Assembly (NCBI GenBank): GCA_963827355.1
Contig: CAWHAS010000002.1
Span: 63,493 to 127,492 of the forward strand
Direction of reading: 5' to 3'
DNA length: 64,000 nucleotides
From: an uncultured Gemmatimonadaceae bacterium
GTDB taxonomy: Bacteria; Gemmatimonadota; Gemmatimonadetes; Gemmatimonadales; Gemmatimonadaceae
The notes under the pieces are model-generated. The model worked only from the letters and a program-made list of their open reading frames with translations, did not search any database and was not told the DNA's origin. Position numbers and translations under genes: made by a program. Shown one piece after another: positions 11,353-19,458 of the stretch (within the stretch, counting starts at the first letter, position 1; each line of letters opens with the position of its first letter).

Positions 11353-11398
11353 TGAGTACCATCGTATGTGAGCCAATGAGTACCATCGTATGTGAGCC
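11353..11398. repeat. Perfect tandem direct repeat, 22-bp unit with 24-bp period, 2 copies
   Basis: TGAGTACCATCGTATGTGAGCC occurs at 11353..11374 and again at 11377..11398, separated by AA. On the minus strand the repeat ends 3 nt upstream of the GGAGG of glgX. Confidence 0.9.
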
Positions 11399-11721
11399 GA
11401 GTCATCGCTCGTCACAATGATACGCCTCGTGCCTCCTCACGGTCGTGTGGCGACCGACTAGCGCGTTGACCTCGTTGTTCATTACGCGCCCGCCAATCTC
11501 GCGGTTGTCGAAGCACGGCCCATCGGGCAAACACGGACACGTGTCGCTCTCGAGGCTCGCCACGAACTGGTCATACCGACCGGTTCAGCCGAAGGCGCTC
11601 CAGAATGATTGGCACACTCGCGCGTCGATCTCTCGTTGCCGCGCTTGTCAGGAAAGACCGGACTGCGTGTGTGAAGCCGTGGCGCACATTGGAAGTCAAC
11701 GCCTCTGGAGGACAGCGACGT

Positions 11722-12840
11722 ATGTTGACCCGTGCGCAGCTCGTGGCGCTTCACCGCGCCTTGGGGAAGAGGTGCGTGCTGAGCGTCTACCTCGATGGCT
11801 CCGCGTCCGACCCGGCGCTGCAGCGATCGTGGCGCGTTCAGCTCGACCACAGCCTCGTGGACTTGAAGCGGCGGCTCGAGGATTCTTCTCACGCCGAGCG
11901 AGAGGAGTTCGCGCAATGTGTGCGTCGGCTTGACACGGTGGTTGCGAGCTTCTCGGCCGGCATCGGCGCGCGCGGCTGGGCGGCGTTCATTACCGCGGAC
12001 AGGATTCACGACGCCCAGCTCCTGCCTGCTCCGACACCAACGGTCGCGGTGTGGCAGTCCGGACCCTACGTCACGCCTTACATGCGTGCGCTCAAAGAAG
12101 ACCGGCCCGTCATCGTCATCGTCGCCGACGCGCGTAGAGCATCCATTTACCGCTACCGTTTTGGGAAGCCCGAGCGCGTCGACGTCGTTCGCGCCCATCA
12201 CGGCCTCGACCACCCCGAGCATCTTGGCGCCCCACCGCGACAGGGCTTTCATACTGGAACGCGCGGGACTGCGGGCCGCGACGCCGCGCAACGCACCCTG
12301 CTCCAGGGACGGGATCGCATGATAGTCGAGGCCGTCGATAGGGCGCACGAGCTCGCCGGCGGTGATGGCTGGATTCTGATCGGGGGAATCAAACGTGTTG
12401 CGGCGCGACTGGCGCAGCACCTGATGCCACTCGCACCGAATCGTGTCACGCAGGTCGGCTCTCTCAATGTGCACGCCACCGAGGCTGACATCGCGCAGAT
12501 CGCCCGATCAGCCGCCTCGGAGTTGCGCGACCTCGCAGACGATCGGCGCATCGTCGATATTCTCGATCTGGCCGGCGCGCATGGACTCGGAGTGGCCGGG
12601 CCGGTGGAAGCGCGTCTGGCGCTCGAGCAATCGAGCGTGCGCGATCTCTACGTCACTCATCGCTATTTCGAAGATCACGCGTTGGAGGCGGAGCTGGCCA
12701 TACGGGCTGCGCTCGACCAGGACGCATCCGTGGAGGAAGTATCGGGACGAGCGGCCGAACGTCTGAATCAACACGGTGGGATCGCGGCCGGACTTCGCTT
12801 TCGAGGCAATCCCGTTGAACACGCCACCGCTAGTCGCTAG
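11722..12840 (+). CDS. eRF1/Pelota-like protein (bacterial archaeo-eukaryotic release factor, baeRF / Vms1-like family)
   Basis: GGAGGA lies 9 nt before ATG 11722. The layout is as I recall for baeRF proteins: N-terminal VLSVYLDGS, a central PYVTPYMRAL..PVIVIVADARRASIYRY, a middle block WILIGGIKRVAARL, and a C-terminal block AGPVEARLALEQSSVRDLYV ... GGIAAGLRF. No GGQ motif was seen. Confidence 0.55.
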   Translation: MLTRAQLVALHRALGKRCVLSVYLDGSASDPALQRSWRVQLDHSLVDLKRRLEDSSHAEREEFAQCVRRLDTVVASFSAGIGARGWAAFITADRIHDAQLLPAPTPTVAVWQSGPYVTPYMRALKEDRPVIVIVADARRASIYRYRFGKPERVDVVRAHHGLDHPEHLGAPPRQGFHTGTRGTAGRDAAQRTLLQGRDRMIVEAVDRAHELAGGDGWILIGGIKRVAARLAQHLMPLAPNRVTQVGSLNVHATEADIAQIARSAASELRDLADDRRIVDILDLAGAHGLGVAGPVEARLALEQSSVRDLYVTHRYFEDHALEAELAIRAALDQDASVEEVSGRAAERLNQHGGIAAGLRFRGNPVEHATASR

Positions 12841-13003
12841 GCCGATTGGCCTCGCGCTCCTCGGACCTCACGCCGCGGTCGACACCTTATCTCCCCTCCT
12901 ACGACGCGACTGAAGACACGTCCGTAGCTGAAGGACAAGGCGCGGTTGCCATCCCCCACGCTGTCGGAGGTGGCCTGACAGGCAGCGAGGGCCAGTTCCA
13001 TCT

Positions 13004-13585
13004 TCAGCGCTGCGTCGCCACGGTCACCGCAGTGGACTTCGGGAACTTCGCGAGGATCGCGCGTGCCGCGTCGCCCAGCCGCTCGACGTTCTCGCTCGGA
13101 TCGTTCGTGAGCGTCGTGTGGCCCTCACCGCGCCAGAGGAGTTCCCGGTCGTTCGACCGCAGGACGTCCACGATCACCGTGCCTTCCGTGTACGTCGTGA
13201 CGAACCGCTGCCTCGGCCGACGCCACCGCGGGTAGAACGGATAGCCGTAGTCCCAAGTCGTGACATCGAGCCTCTCGCGCGCCGACGCGTAGAAGGCGAC
13301 CGCGAAGTCCCCCGCATTCGCGGACTCCTCGTAGCCACGTTCTGTCAACGCCTTCACGATCTGCTCGCGCAAGACTCGATTGGCGATCGAGTTGTCGATC
13401 ATCGGGTCGTCGGCCGTCGCGGCGCGGCGGCCCTGTCGCTGAGCGGGACCCGGCAGCATGCGGAAACTATGCAACCCGGACAAGCCCGCGTCCGGTGCGA
13501 CCATCGTGCGCACCTGGATGTGCGGGCCGCATCCGACCAGGAGCGCGACAGTGGTGAGTGTGAGCAGTTGAAATACCGAGCGCAT
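13004..13585 (-). CDS. Lipoprotein, DUF4136-like
   Basis: ATG 13585 is preceded by GGAGG. The signal peptide with lipobox is MRSVFQLLTLTTVALLVGC. The mature part resembles small DUF4136 lipoproteins (FAVAFYASARERLDVTTWDYGY..GTVIVDVLRSNDRELLWRGEG). The longer 299-aa ORF start is unlikely. Confidence 0.5.
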   Translation of the reverse strand: MRSVFQLLTLTTVALLVGCGPHIQVRTMVAPDAGLSGLHSFRMLPGPAQRQGRRAATADDPMIDNSIANRVLREQIVKALTERGYEESANAGDFAVAFYASARERLDVTTWDYGYPFYPRWRRPRQRFVTTYTEGTVIVDVLRSNDRELLWRGEGHTTLTNDPSENVERLGDAARAILAKFPKSTAVTVATQR

Positions 13586-13808
13586 TGGACCTCCTGCGAA
13601 TCGAGGGAACGCTTTCCAACGTGGGAACAGCCCAGTATCTGCCCCGGAATTGCGCCTGTCTGTCGGGCAAGCCGCGACGGTGAAGCACGACGTCGTCGCG
13701 TGGTGTGCCGACGGCTTGCGACGCAACGACATCGTCGGGGTGACCGACGGACGAGGTTCGCCGGCAATGAACCAGCTCTTGCACGGCTGTGAGGTACGCA
13801 TGACAAAG

Positions 13809-13840
13809 CGACTTACGGCGTCCGCGGACGCCGTAAGTCG
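13809..13840. repeat. Perfect 32-bp palindrome (possible bidirectional terminator hairpin)
   Basis: The sequence CGACTTACGGCGTCCGCGGACGCCGTAAGTCG is its own reverse complement, with a CCGCGG centre. It lies about 80 nt downstream of the cupin gene stop. It has no clear U-tract; on the minus strand it is followed by CTTTGTC. Confidence 0.6.
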
Positions 13841-13921
13841 TCGCGATCGGCCACGCCCCAGCGAATGCGTGCTACTCGTCGAATTCGCCTCGTGGCCGGT
13901 CACCTGCGAGTAGCCCGTCGA

Positions 13922-14353
13922 TCATTCCGTCGTCTTGCCGTCGAAGTGCTCAGTGTCCGCCTCGGCGTCGGCACGAGTGCAATGAACGACGCCGTCCCAA
14001 TGATTCGGCGGCGAATAGATCGTATACAGCTTCATAGGAACGGTGCCGGTGTTGACGATATTGTGATTCGTTCCAGCTGGTACGAGCACCGCGAAGCCGG
14101 GCTTGATCGCCGAGCGAACGCCGTCGAGCACTGCCTCCCCCGTTCCTTCCTCTACTCGAAAAAACTGGTCGAGATGATGCACTTCCGCACCAATCTCCTC
14201 CTTGGGCTTCAAGGCCATGACGACGAGCTGGCAGTTCTTCGCCGTGTACAGCACTTGGCGGAACGCCGCATTCCTGATCGCCACGCCCTCAATGTCTTGC
14301 ACGTAGCCTTTCACAGTGAAACCTCCTTCAGAGTACTCGGTTGGATCGCCCAA
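13922..14353 (-). CDS. Cupin-domain protein
   Basis: Cupin_2-like core: [40 protein letters not shown]. The C-terminal tail reads [20 protein letters not shown]. An alternative start is GTG 14314 ([10 protein letters not shown]..), preceded by GGAGG; homologues as I recall them begin MKGYVQDIE. Confidence 0.7.
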   Translation of the reverse strand: MGDPTEYSEGGFTVKGYVQDIEGVAIRNAAFRQVLYTAKNCQLVVMALKPKEEIGAEVHHLDQFFRVEEGTGEAVLDGVRSAIKPGFAVLVPAGTNHNIVNTGTVPMKLYTIYSPPNHWDGVVHCTRADAEADTEHFDGKTTE

Positions 14354-14479
14354 ACGTGCGCTTCATGCTATGAGTCTAGCTGTGACGGACATCCGCCACC
14401 AAGCTCGCCGCGACTTGGAAGTCGGGACGTTGATCGGCGCAGTCGCGCTCCACTGTCGAACCCCTCATTCGTATTCTTG

Positions 14480-14824
14480 GCGGATGAGGTCGCCGCACAC
14501 GAGCGCGGAGAGCCTATTCTGAACGACGACTTCGATCATATCGCTTCCGTAAACGCCTGGCTGGAGCGAATCGCGCCGGGCGCGCATCCTGACGGGCGCA
14601 AAGCCGACTCCCGCGGTTCCGGGCTGGGGCTCTCCATCGTCAAAGGAATCGTCGAAGCGCACGGCGGCCGCGTGTGGGTCGAAAGCGCGATTGGGCGAGG
14701 AAGCACCTTCTACTTTCCGCTCCCCGATTCACCCGTGGACCATCGGCCGCCCGAGGCGCCAGTCACAAGCGAATCGCAGGTGCCACAGTTCGACAATTCG
14801 AGCGCGACTCAAGCGCCTCGATAG
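14480..14824 (+). pseudogene. 3' fragment of a sensor histidine kinase (HATPase_c G2 box only)
   Basis: [37 protein letters not shown] is a typical C-terminal ATP-lid/G2 region. No H-box, N-box or sensor domain lies upstream; the upstream part of ORF 13865..14824 is antisense to the cupin gene. Confidence 0.55.
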
Positions 14825-14837
14825 TCCTTCTCGCGTC

Positions 14838-14876
14838 ACAGAAAAGCGCCTCGGCCCGCTGCCGGGACCGAGGCGC
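14838..14876 (-). terminator. Rho-independent terminator-like hairpin (minus strand)
   Basis: A 9-bp GC-rich stem (GCGCCTCGG at 14846..14854, CCGAGGCGC at 14868..14876) is followed on the minus strand by TTTTCTGT. It lies about 155 nt downstream of the orphan tRNA 3' half, so it may be the original tRNA-Met terminator. Confidence 0.5.
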
Positions 14877-15031
14877 CAGCCTTCATCGGGATTTACTCGA
14901 GAGCAAGCGACCGACTCGAATCGGCAATGTCGAGATCCCCGCGCACGACCAACTAGTCGAGCTCGCCCGCACGTTCCCCAACATCTCGGCGAGCCACATA
15001 CAACCAACTCAATGACATACCACACCCTACA

Positions 15032-15076
15032 AAATAGCAGGGGCGGGACTCGAACCCGCGACCCCGGCATTATGAG
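15032..15076. repeat. att repeat, distal copy (orphan 3' half of tRNA-Met)
   Basis: AAATAGCAGGGGCGGGACTCGAACCCGCGACCCCGGCATTATGAG is identical to 20658..20702. The sequences diverge immediately outside the repeat (GAAGGTG versus TGCCGTG on the right, A versus C on the left). Confidence 0.9.
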
Positions 15077-15352
15077 GAAGGTGAGCCCCGGAGTATGGAG
15101 CGCTCTGTCCTCTGCCCGAAGCGCCACGGTGCGCCACCGCGCAATACGAAGCGCTCCCTATGATGGTGCCGCCGATAGTGCCGCCATCGCGATCGTCGCG
15201 CACGGATAGGCTAGCGGATTCCGGCCTTCTGACACCGTTTCGCCGCGCGCACACGAAGCACTGCGCGAAATAACGGGATGGACATAACGCTAGGCAATCT
15301 CTATTCGAGCCCTCGGCACTCCGCCACGCCCGTTGAGCTTAGCTGACATACC

Positions 15353-15877
15353 TTGCTGCAGGCGCCCCAGCGCCTTGTAGCGCGGAGTGTATCCGTGCCT
15401 GAAGAGATCTCCGGGGCCAGACTGAAAGAAGCCTGGAAGGTGCTGCTAGAGCGATACCAGTGGACCCACTACTGCACTCTCACCTACGACTCTACCGTGC
15501 CGGTTTATCGTTGCCGCCGAGACTTCACGAATACCTTTATTCGACGACTCGCCCGATTCGCTCAACAGCCTGTCCCGTGGTTCTTCGCAATTCAGGGCGC
15601 ACAGGGTTCGGATCGCCCCCACATTCACGCCCTGTTAGGCGGAACTCAGGCGCTTAGCGGAAAGCAGCTCGAAGCTACGTGGCGATTTGGCTACACACGT
15701 GTATTGCGCTACGACCCCACGCGCTCAGCCTGCGGCTATGTCTCGCGTGAGATCCTAGAATCGTCTGACGATCACGATCTTTCTACTCGCTTGCCCGCCT
15801 TGCTGAATCGGCCCGATCAGGGAGAACGGAGAGCCACTCAGGCTACACTGCTCAACGTTGCAACGGATTGCAATTGA
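15353..15877 (+). CDS. Small HUH-type rolling-circle replication initiator (Rep)
   Basis: The three HUH-superfamily motifs appear in order: motif 1 HYCTLTYD, motif 2 RPHIHALLGG (H-hydrophobic-H), motif 3 ACGYVSREI (catalytic Tyr candidate). It is 174 aa with no helicase domain. The start is uncertain: TTG 15353 or GTG 15395. Confidence 0.55.
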   Translation: MLQAPQRLVARSVSVPEEISGARLKEAWKVLLERYQWTHYCTLTYDSTVPVYRCRRDFTNTFIRRLARFAQQPVPWFFAIQGAQGSDRPHIHALLGGTQALSGKQLEATWRFGYTRVLRYDPTRSACGYVSREILESSDDHDLSTRLPALLNRPDQGERRATQATLLNVATDCN

Positions 15878-15916
15878 TTTCGTATTCCTGCGCATGGATA
15901 CGCTAATCGGCTCCAT

Positions 15917-16522
15917 ATGACCAAGCCGACCACCGGCCAGTATTTCGCTCTCGATATGGTTGAGATGTGCCGGCGAGGCGTCTTTGCGAGACCGGGATAC
16001 GGGCCCGCCCTTCTGATTCTCGCAGCGGGCTCCAGCTTTCAAATCCTCAACGTGCGAGTGGAGCCCTCCGCCCCGACCCTCACTGTGCGAGTTGTCACGG
16101 CACAAAGAACCTCCATCGCTCTGCCCTGCCAGGTAAGTAATCCTACGTTTGGGGGCGCCCGCTACTGGTTTACGTGCAGAGCGTGCCACAGACGTTGCAG
16201 GATGCTTTACTGGAGCCGGGCCAGCTTCATCCCCGAATGTAGACTCTGCAAGGGATTGGTCTATTCGACACAGAGAATGTCGCTGCCGAACCAATGGGAA
16301 CGTCGCGCCCGAAGGATAGAACAGAGACTTGGAGGGGAACGCGCGGACGGATTGGTCTATAAACCGAAGCGAATGCACTGGCGGACCTTCAATCGACTAA
16401 TGGATGAAGTCGTCGAGCTCAACGACGGCGCGACATCCTACAGGATTTCGCGAGATCGCGGCTTCCGTTCCTTATGCCGCTCATTGGACATAGAAACAGA
16501 GGTCGAGTCACGCTGTCGCTGA
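15917..16522 (+). CDS. Hypothetical protein with Cys4 zinc-ribbon (CRAC-x7-..-CRLC)
   Basis: A 201-aa ORF begins 40 nt after rep. It contains YWFTCRACHRRCRMLYWSRASFIPECRLCKGLVYSTQ, a zinc-ribbon-like pattern. No family was assigned. Confidence 0.45.
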   Translation: MTKPTTGQYFALDMVEMCRRGVFARPGYGPALLILAAGSSFQILNVRVEPSAPTLTVRVVTAQRTSIALPCQVSNPTFGGARYWFTCRACHRRCRMLYWSRASFIPECRLCKGLVYSTQRMSLPNQWERRARRIEQRLGGERADGLVYKPKRMHWRTFNRLMDEVVELNDGATSYRISRDRGFRSLCRSLDIETEVESRCR

Positions 16523-16853
16523 CTATCGTTCCGCTGGGGGGACCGCGCCCGAGTTGAGGGCTGGAGCAGTTACGCGCACTGAGCGCCATTACCCTCAGCG
16601 ACGCCGCTTTTCATGTAGAAGGGCATGAAACACCGCCGAGTACTCTGTCAAATCCCTTTCGGCGCGGGCGAGTTTCTCAGGCCTCGGAGGCGTACGCCCT
16701 ATAAGCTGACCCACGAAGCTTTTGTGCTCGTGATACAAGACGCGCACATGTTCGAGTATGAGTTCGAGATCCTCAGGTGATAGTCGAGCTGCCTCTCGCG
16801 CCAGTGCCTCGGCGCTTAGAGGAATGAGCGCTCGCAGCGATGACGCACTCGGC

Positions 16854-17399
16854 TTAGCGCGAATGATTGACCTTGAGCCAATCGTTCAATAATTGCTCAA
16901 CCATCGAGATAGTAGCCTCTTGCACTGCCTCATGAATGCGGGCGCCTCCAGCAATGCCAATTTTCCCCAAGGCACTCCAAGTGGTTGCGTCAACGGGCAC
17001 TTTCAACTCGCGAGGCAGGTAAGCCTCTTGCTGAACCGAAAGTTCTGAGCTGTAAATCCACTCGCCTGTTGGATTACCGTTGTCAGTCTCGCGGAGGAGG
17101 GTGATTCGAACGTACACGGTCGCATCGGAGCGGATCAAATCATCGGAAACCGGTATGCCCGCTTGCCGGAGCCTGACCTCGACGGTGGTCTTAATCTCAC
17201 CACTGTCGATGCCCGCGGATCTTGCCTCCTCCGGTAGTTGCTCGACAAGGACGGCGACGTTTCTAATGCCATGCAGGGAGTAGACATTCACAAGTACTCC
17301 ATCGTGGGGCTTATCCGTACCTTGCGCCATCGCGCTTTGAGCGCAAAAGGCAATTCCGAGCAACACTGATGCGACGACTAAATGACGGCTTATGACCAT
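16854..17399 (-). CDS. Secreted hypothetical protein (element cargo)
   Basis: The signal peptide is MVISRHLVVASVLLGIAFCAQSAMAQG. It lies in the low-GC segment, 59 nt downstream of the HEPN-like ORF on the same strand. Confidence 0.5.
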   Translation of the reverse strand: MVISRHLVVASVLLGIAFCAQSAMAQGTDKPHDGVLVNVYSLHGIRNVAVLVEQLPEEARSAGIDSGEIKTTVEVRLRQAGIPVSDDLIRSDATVYVRITLLRETDNGNPTGEWIYSSELSVQQEAYLPRELKVPVDATTWSALGKIGIAGGARIHEAVQEATISMVEQLLNDWLKVNHSR

Positions 17400-17458
17400 T
17401 TGGTTCCTAAGGTTGCAAAGTCGACAGTCATGCTTGACCGAGGTGAGGGAAACTCACA

Positions 17459-18247
17459 CTATCGCTTCCCCTGCTTTCGTTTGGATCCTCTGTGCCCCAA
17501 GTGACCTTCAGAGATATGGTAATCCATAATCATCATCATCGAAGCGGACGTCGTGCCTCGTAATCTCTCGTATTCGAATTCCCGGATGATACTCGGCAGC
17601 GTCGGAAACGCCTTTGACATGTGCACGCTGTGAAGTCGGGCGAACGCGTCGTTGGACATCTTCGAGACTTCCCCAAACACCCTAGTAAGCAGATCGGGGA
17701 CTGCAGCCAGAGGCATCTCCTTCGCCTGAGACCAAGACAGCCCGCTTCCCCACCGCATTCCATCGTGTTCTGCCCCTTGTGGTTCAATTATCGAAAGAAG
17801 ATTTCCTTCGAACTTGAAGGGGATTTTGACTTCGTGCAGAACGGTATTGCGCTGCTGATAGTACTCGTCGAGAGGAGCATGTAGACGCGGGTCTGACCAT
17901 AGGTCCGACAAAGAGTCAAAAGCATCGCAAACGCGTCCGATCTGGGCGTAAAAGGCGACTAGATCATTGATTGCGAACAGATACCTATCCGTGCGATCCA
18001 AAACGGTACTGGTGCCAATTTGCTCTGAATCGACTCTCTGCGATATCAATCGCGCGCACAGTAGCGCTTCAAGAGCGGTGTAGGTGTGCTGAGCCGTTCG
18101 TTCACGCTTCTGCTCCTTCGCTTTGCTGAGAATGGTCCCGAGCGACGAGACGAGAAGTTCCGTCATTTCCGATGAAACGGGACCACATGGTCGCGTATTC
18201 AGGAAGCTGCGCCAAGATGAAAGTGGCGTACGCTCGTTCAAGCTCAT
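17459..18247 (-). CDS. Hypothetical protein with Rx4H (HEPN-like) motif (element cargo)
   Basis: A 262-aa ORF in the low-GC segment. The central YYQQRNTVLHEV fits the HEPN RNase motif R-x4-H, as in RNxxxH of HepT/Abi-type HEPN proteins. The surroundings look helical. Met28 (MTELLVSS..) is an alternative start. Confidence 0.4.
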   Translation of the reverse strand: MSLNERTPLSSWRSFLNTRPCGPVSSEMTELLVSSLGTILSKAKEQKRERTAQHTYTALEALLCARLISQRVDSEQIGTSTVLDRTDRYLFAINDLVAFYAQIGRVCDAFDSLSDLWSDPRLHAPLDEYYQQRNTVLHEVKIPFKFEGNLLSIIEPQGAEHDGMRWGSGLSWSQAKEMPLAAVPDLLTRVFGEVSKMSNDAFARLHSVHMSKAFPTLPSIIREFEYERLRGTTSASMMMIMDYHISEGHLGHRGSKRKQGKR

Positions 18248-18361
18248 CCCCGTGTACTTCCAGACTTGGATTCATCTTCTCTTTGCCTCCGGTGCCGCGA
18301 ATGCAGCGGCAGCGCGCGCTAAGGAGAGTGATTGACCTTGAACAGCCCCGCTTTCGCCGCC

Positions 18362-19149
18362 CTACGCTTGCCGTCGTTTGACTCGCTTTCGCTTCGCCGG
18401 TTTTTCGACCACGAGCGCCTTCAGCTTGGCCACGCCGGCCTGAAGCTTTTCCCGATCCGCATCGGAATCTGGCTCGGGAGGTTCGAGGAGCACGAGTCCG
18501 GTCTTTGGATAGCGCGATTCATATTCTCGCCCAGATCGATTCCGGCAGGCGTTTGATGTGCATCAGATGCAGGGGAAACGGACTAAACCCCAGCGCGATG
18601 CTCTGAAAGCCATCGATCAGCACCTCTCTCAGGGCCTTCTTTCCGCTGCCCGCTAGCAGTCCTGCGAGCAGCCAAGTCCAAGCATCAATCTCGAGGGAGA
18701 CCGCCTTCTCTAGGGTCGCTCCATCCCCACCGCAATTTGTGCCGATACTTACCGCGCCAAGGTTGAAACTCGGGCAGCGATATCGCGCTCGTAAGCACGT
18801 GTGAAGGCAACTCAAGGACAGCGGTTTCCACGTGAATCGGCAATTCTAGTCGCCTCACCAGAGCCTTGTACCGAAGCCACGATGGTCCGCTGTCGGGAGG
18901 TGCCGGTGTCCCTTCCCGCACCGCTCGCCGCGGAGATGGGCCGCCTTCGCGCCCCCCGAGTAGCCAGTCAACCGAAACGGAATAAAAAGAGGCGATCTTC
19001 TGAATTGCGTCGGCACGCGGATTCGGCACCTTGCCCGAAGCGATCCGAGCTAGCGTGGGCTGAGATATCCCAATGTCCTTCGCGGCCAAGTTCACACTGC
19101 CGCCATGATACCGCTCCACGAGGGAGGCGGTGCGCTCAGCAAGTCTCAT
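18362..19149 (-). CDS. XRE/cI-type HTH regulator of the element; C-terminal part continues in two other frames
   Basis: The N-terminus SVNLAAKDIGISQPTLARIASGKVPNPRADAIQKIASFYSVSVDWLLGG is a classic HTH_3/cI-like domain (ORF 18685..19149). Protein-like sequence continues in ORF 18519..18815 (..GDGATLEKAVSLEIDAWTWLLAGLLAGSGKKALREVLIDGF..). It then continues in a third frame down to TAG 18364-18362 (EYESRYPKTGLVLLEPPEPDSDADREKLQAGVAKLKALVVEKPAKRKRVKRRQA). This is either one gene with two indels or three small genes. Confidence 0.5.
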
Positions 19150-19207
19150 TTAGCATAGCTTGACGTGAGTGACTAAGTGGATTATTCATTAGGTACCAGT
19201 TTGAATA

Positions 19208-19232
19208 TGCAGAATGTCGTGGCCACATTGCA
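19208..19232. repeat. Imperfect inverted repeat in the repressor/xis divergent intergenic region (candidate operator)
   Basis: TGCAGAATGT-N7-ACATTGCA, with a 2-nt bulge. It sits in the AT-rich 107-bp gap between the cI-like gene and xis. The gap also contains TTGACG (19171-19176) as a possible -35 element. Confidence 0.25.
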
Positions 19233-19256
19233 ACTATCGACCCCACGAGACAATCA

Positions 19257-19458
19257 ATGGACGAACTTCTCACGCAGAAGCAGGTTGCCGCTCTGATTAA
19301 AACTCAGCGTTTCGTTCGTCCGCCAATCCAATTGCCCCAGACTACCGCTTCCTGGCAATGGTAGGACGGGCAAGCCGCTAATTCGCTACGTGCGCTCGGA
19401 GGTAGTCGCTTGGGCCACGGCGACGCGAGATCGGTCACGCAGGCCGAGCGCGGCTTGA
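19257..19458 (+). CDS. xis: Excisionase/AlpA-type HTH DNA-binding protein, frame broken once
   Basis: MDELLTQKQVAAL.. then, after a shift at the A4 run near 19300, SVSFVRQSNCPRLPLPGNGRTGKPLIRYVRSEVVAWATATRDRSRRPSAA. The (K/R)PLIRY.RSEV.AW block is typical of excisionase-family HTH proteins. Its TGA (19456-19458) directly abuts the integrase ATG. Confidence 0.55.

Noticed and set aside
13586-13903. N-terminal extension of the DUF4136 lipoprotein ORF (299-aa version)
   Set aside because: The extension is Arg/Ser-rich and contains the 32-bp palindrome. A canonical signal peptide with lipobox and an SD begin at 13585.
15032-15076. Second tRNA(CAU) gene
   Set aside because: Only the 3' half (anticodon loop to acceptor end) is present. 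There is no D-arm or 5' acceptor strand upstream, so it is an att-site remnant and not a gene.
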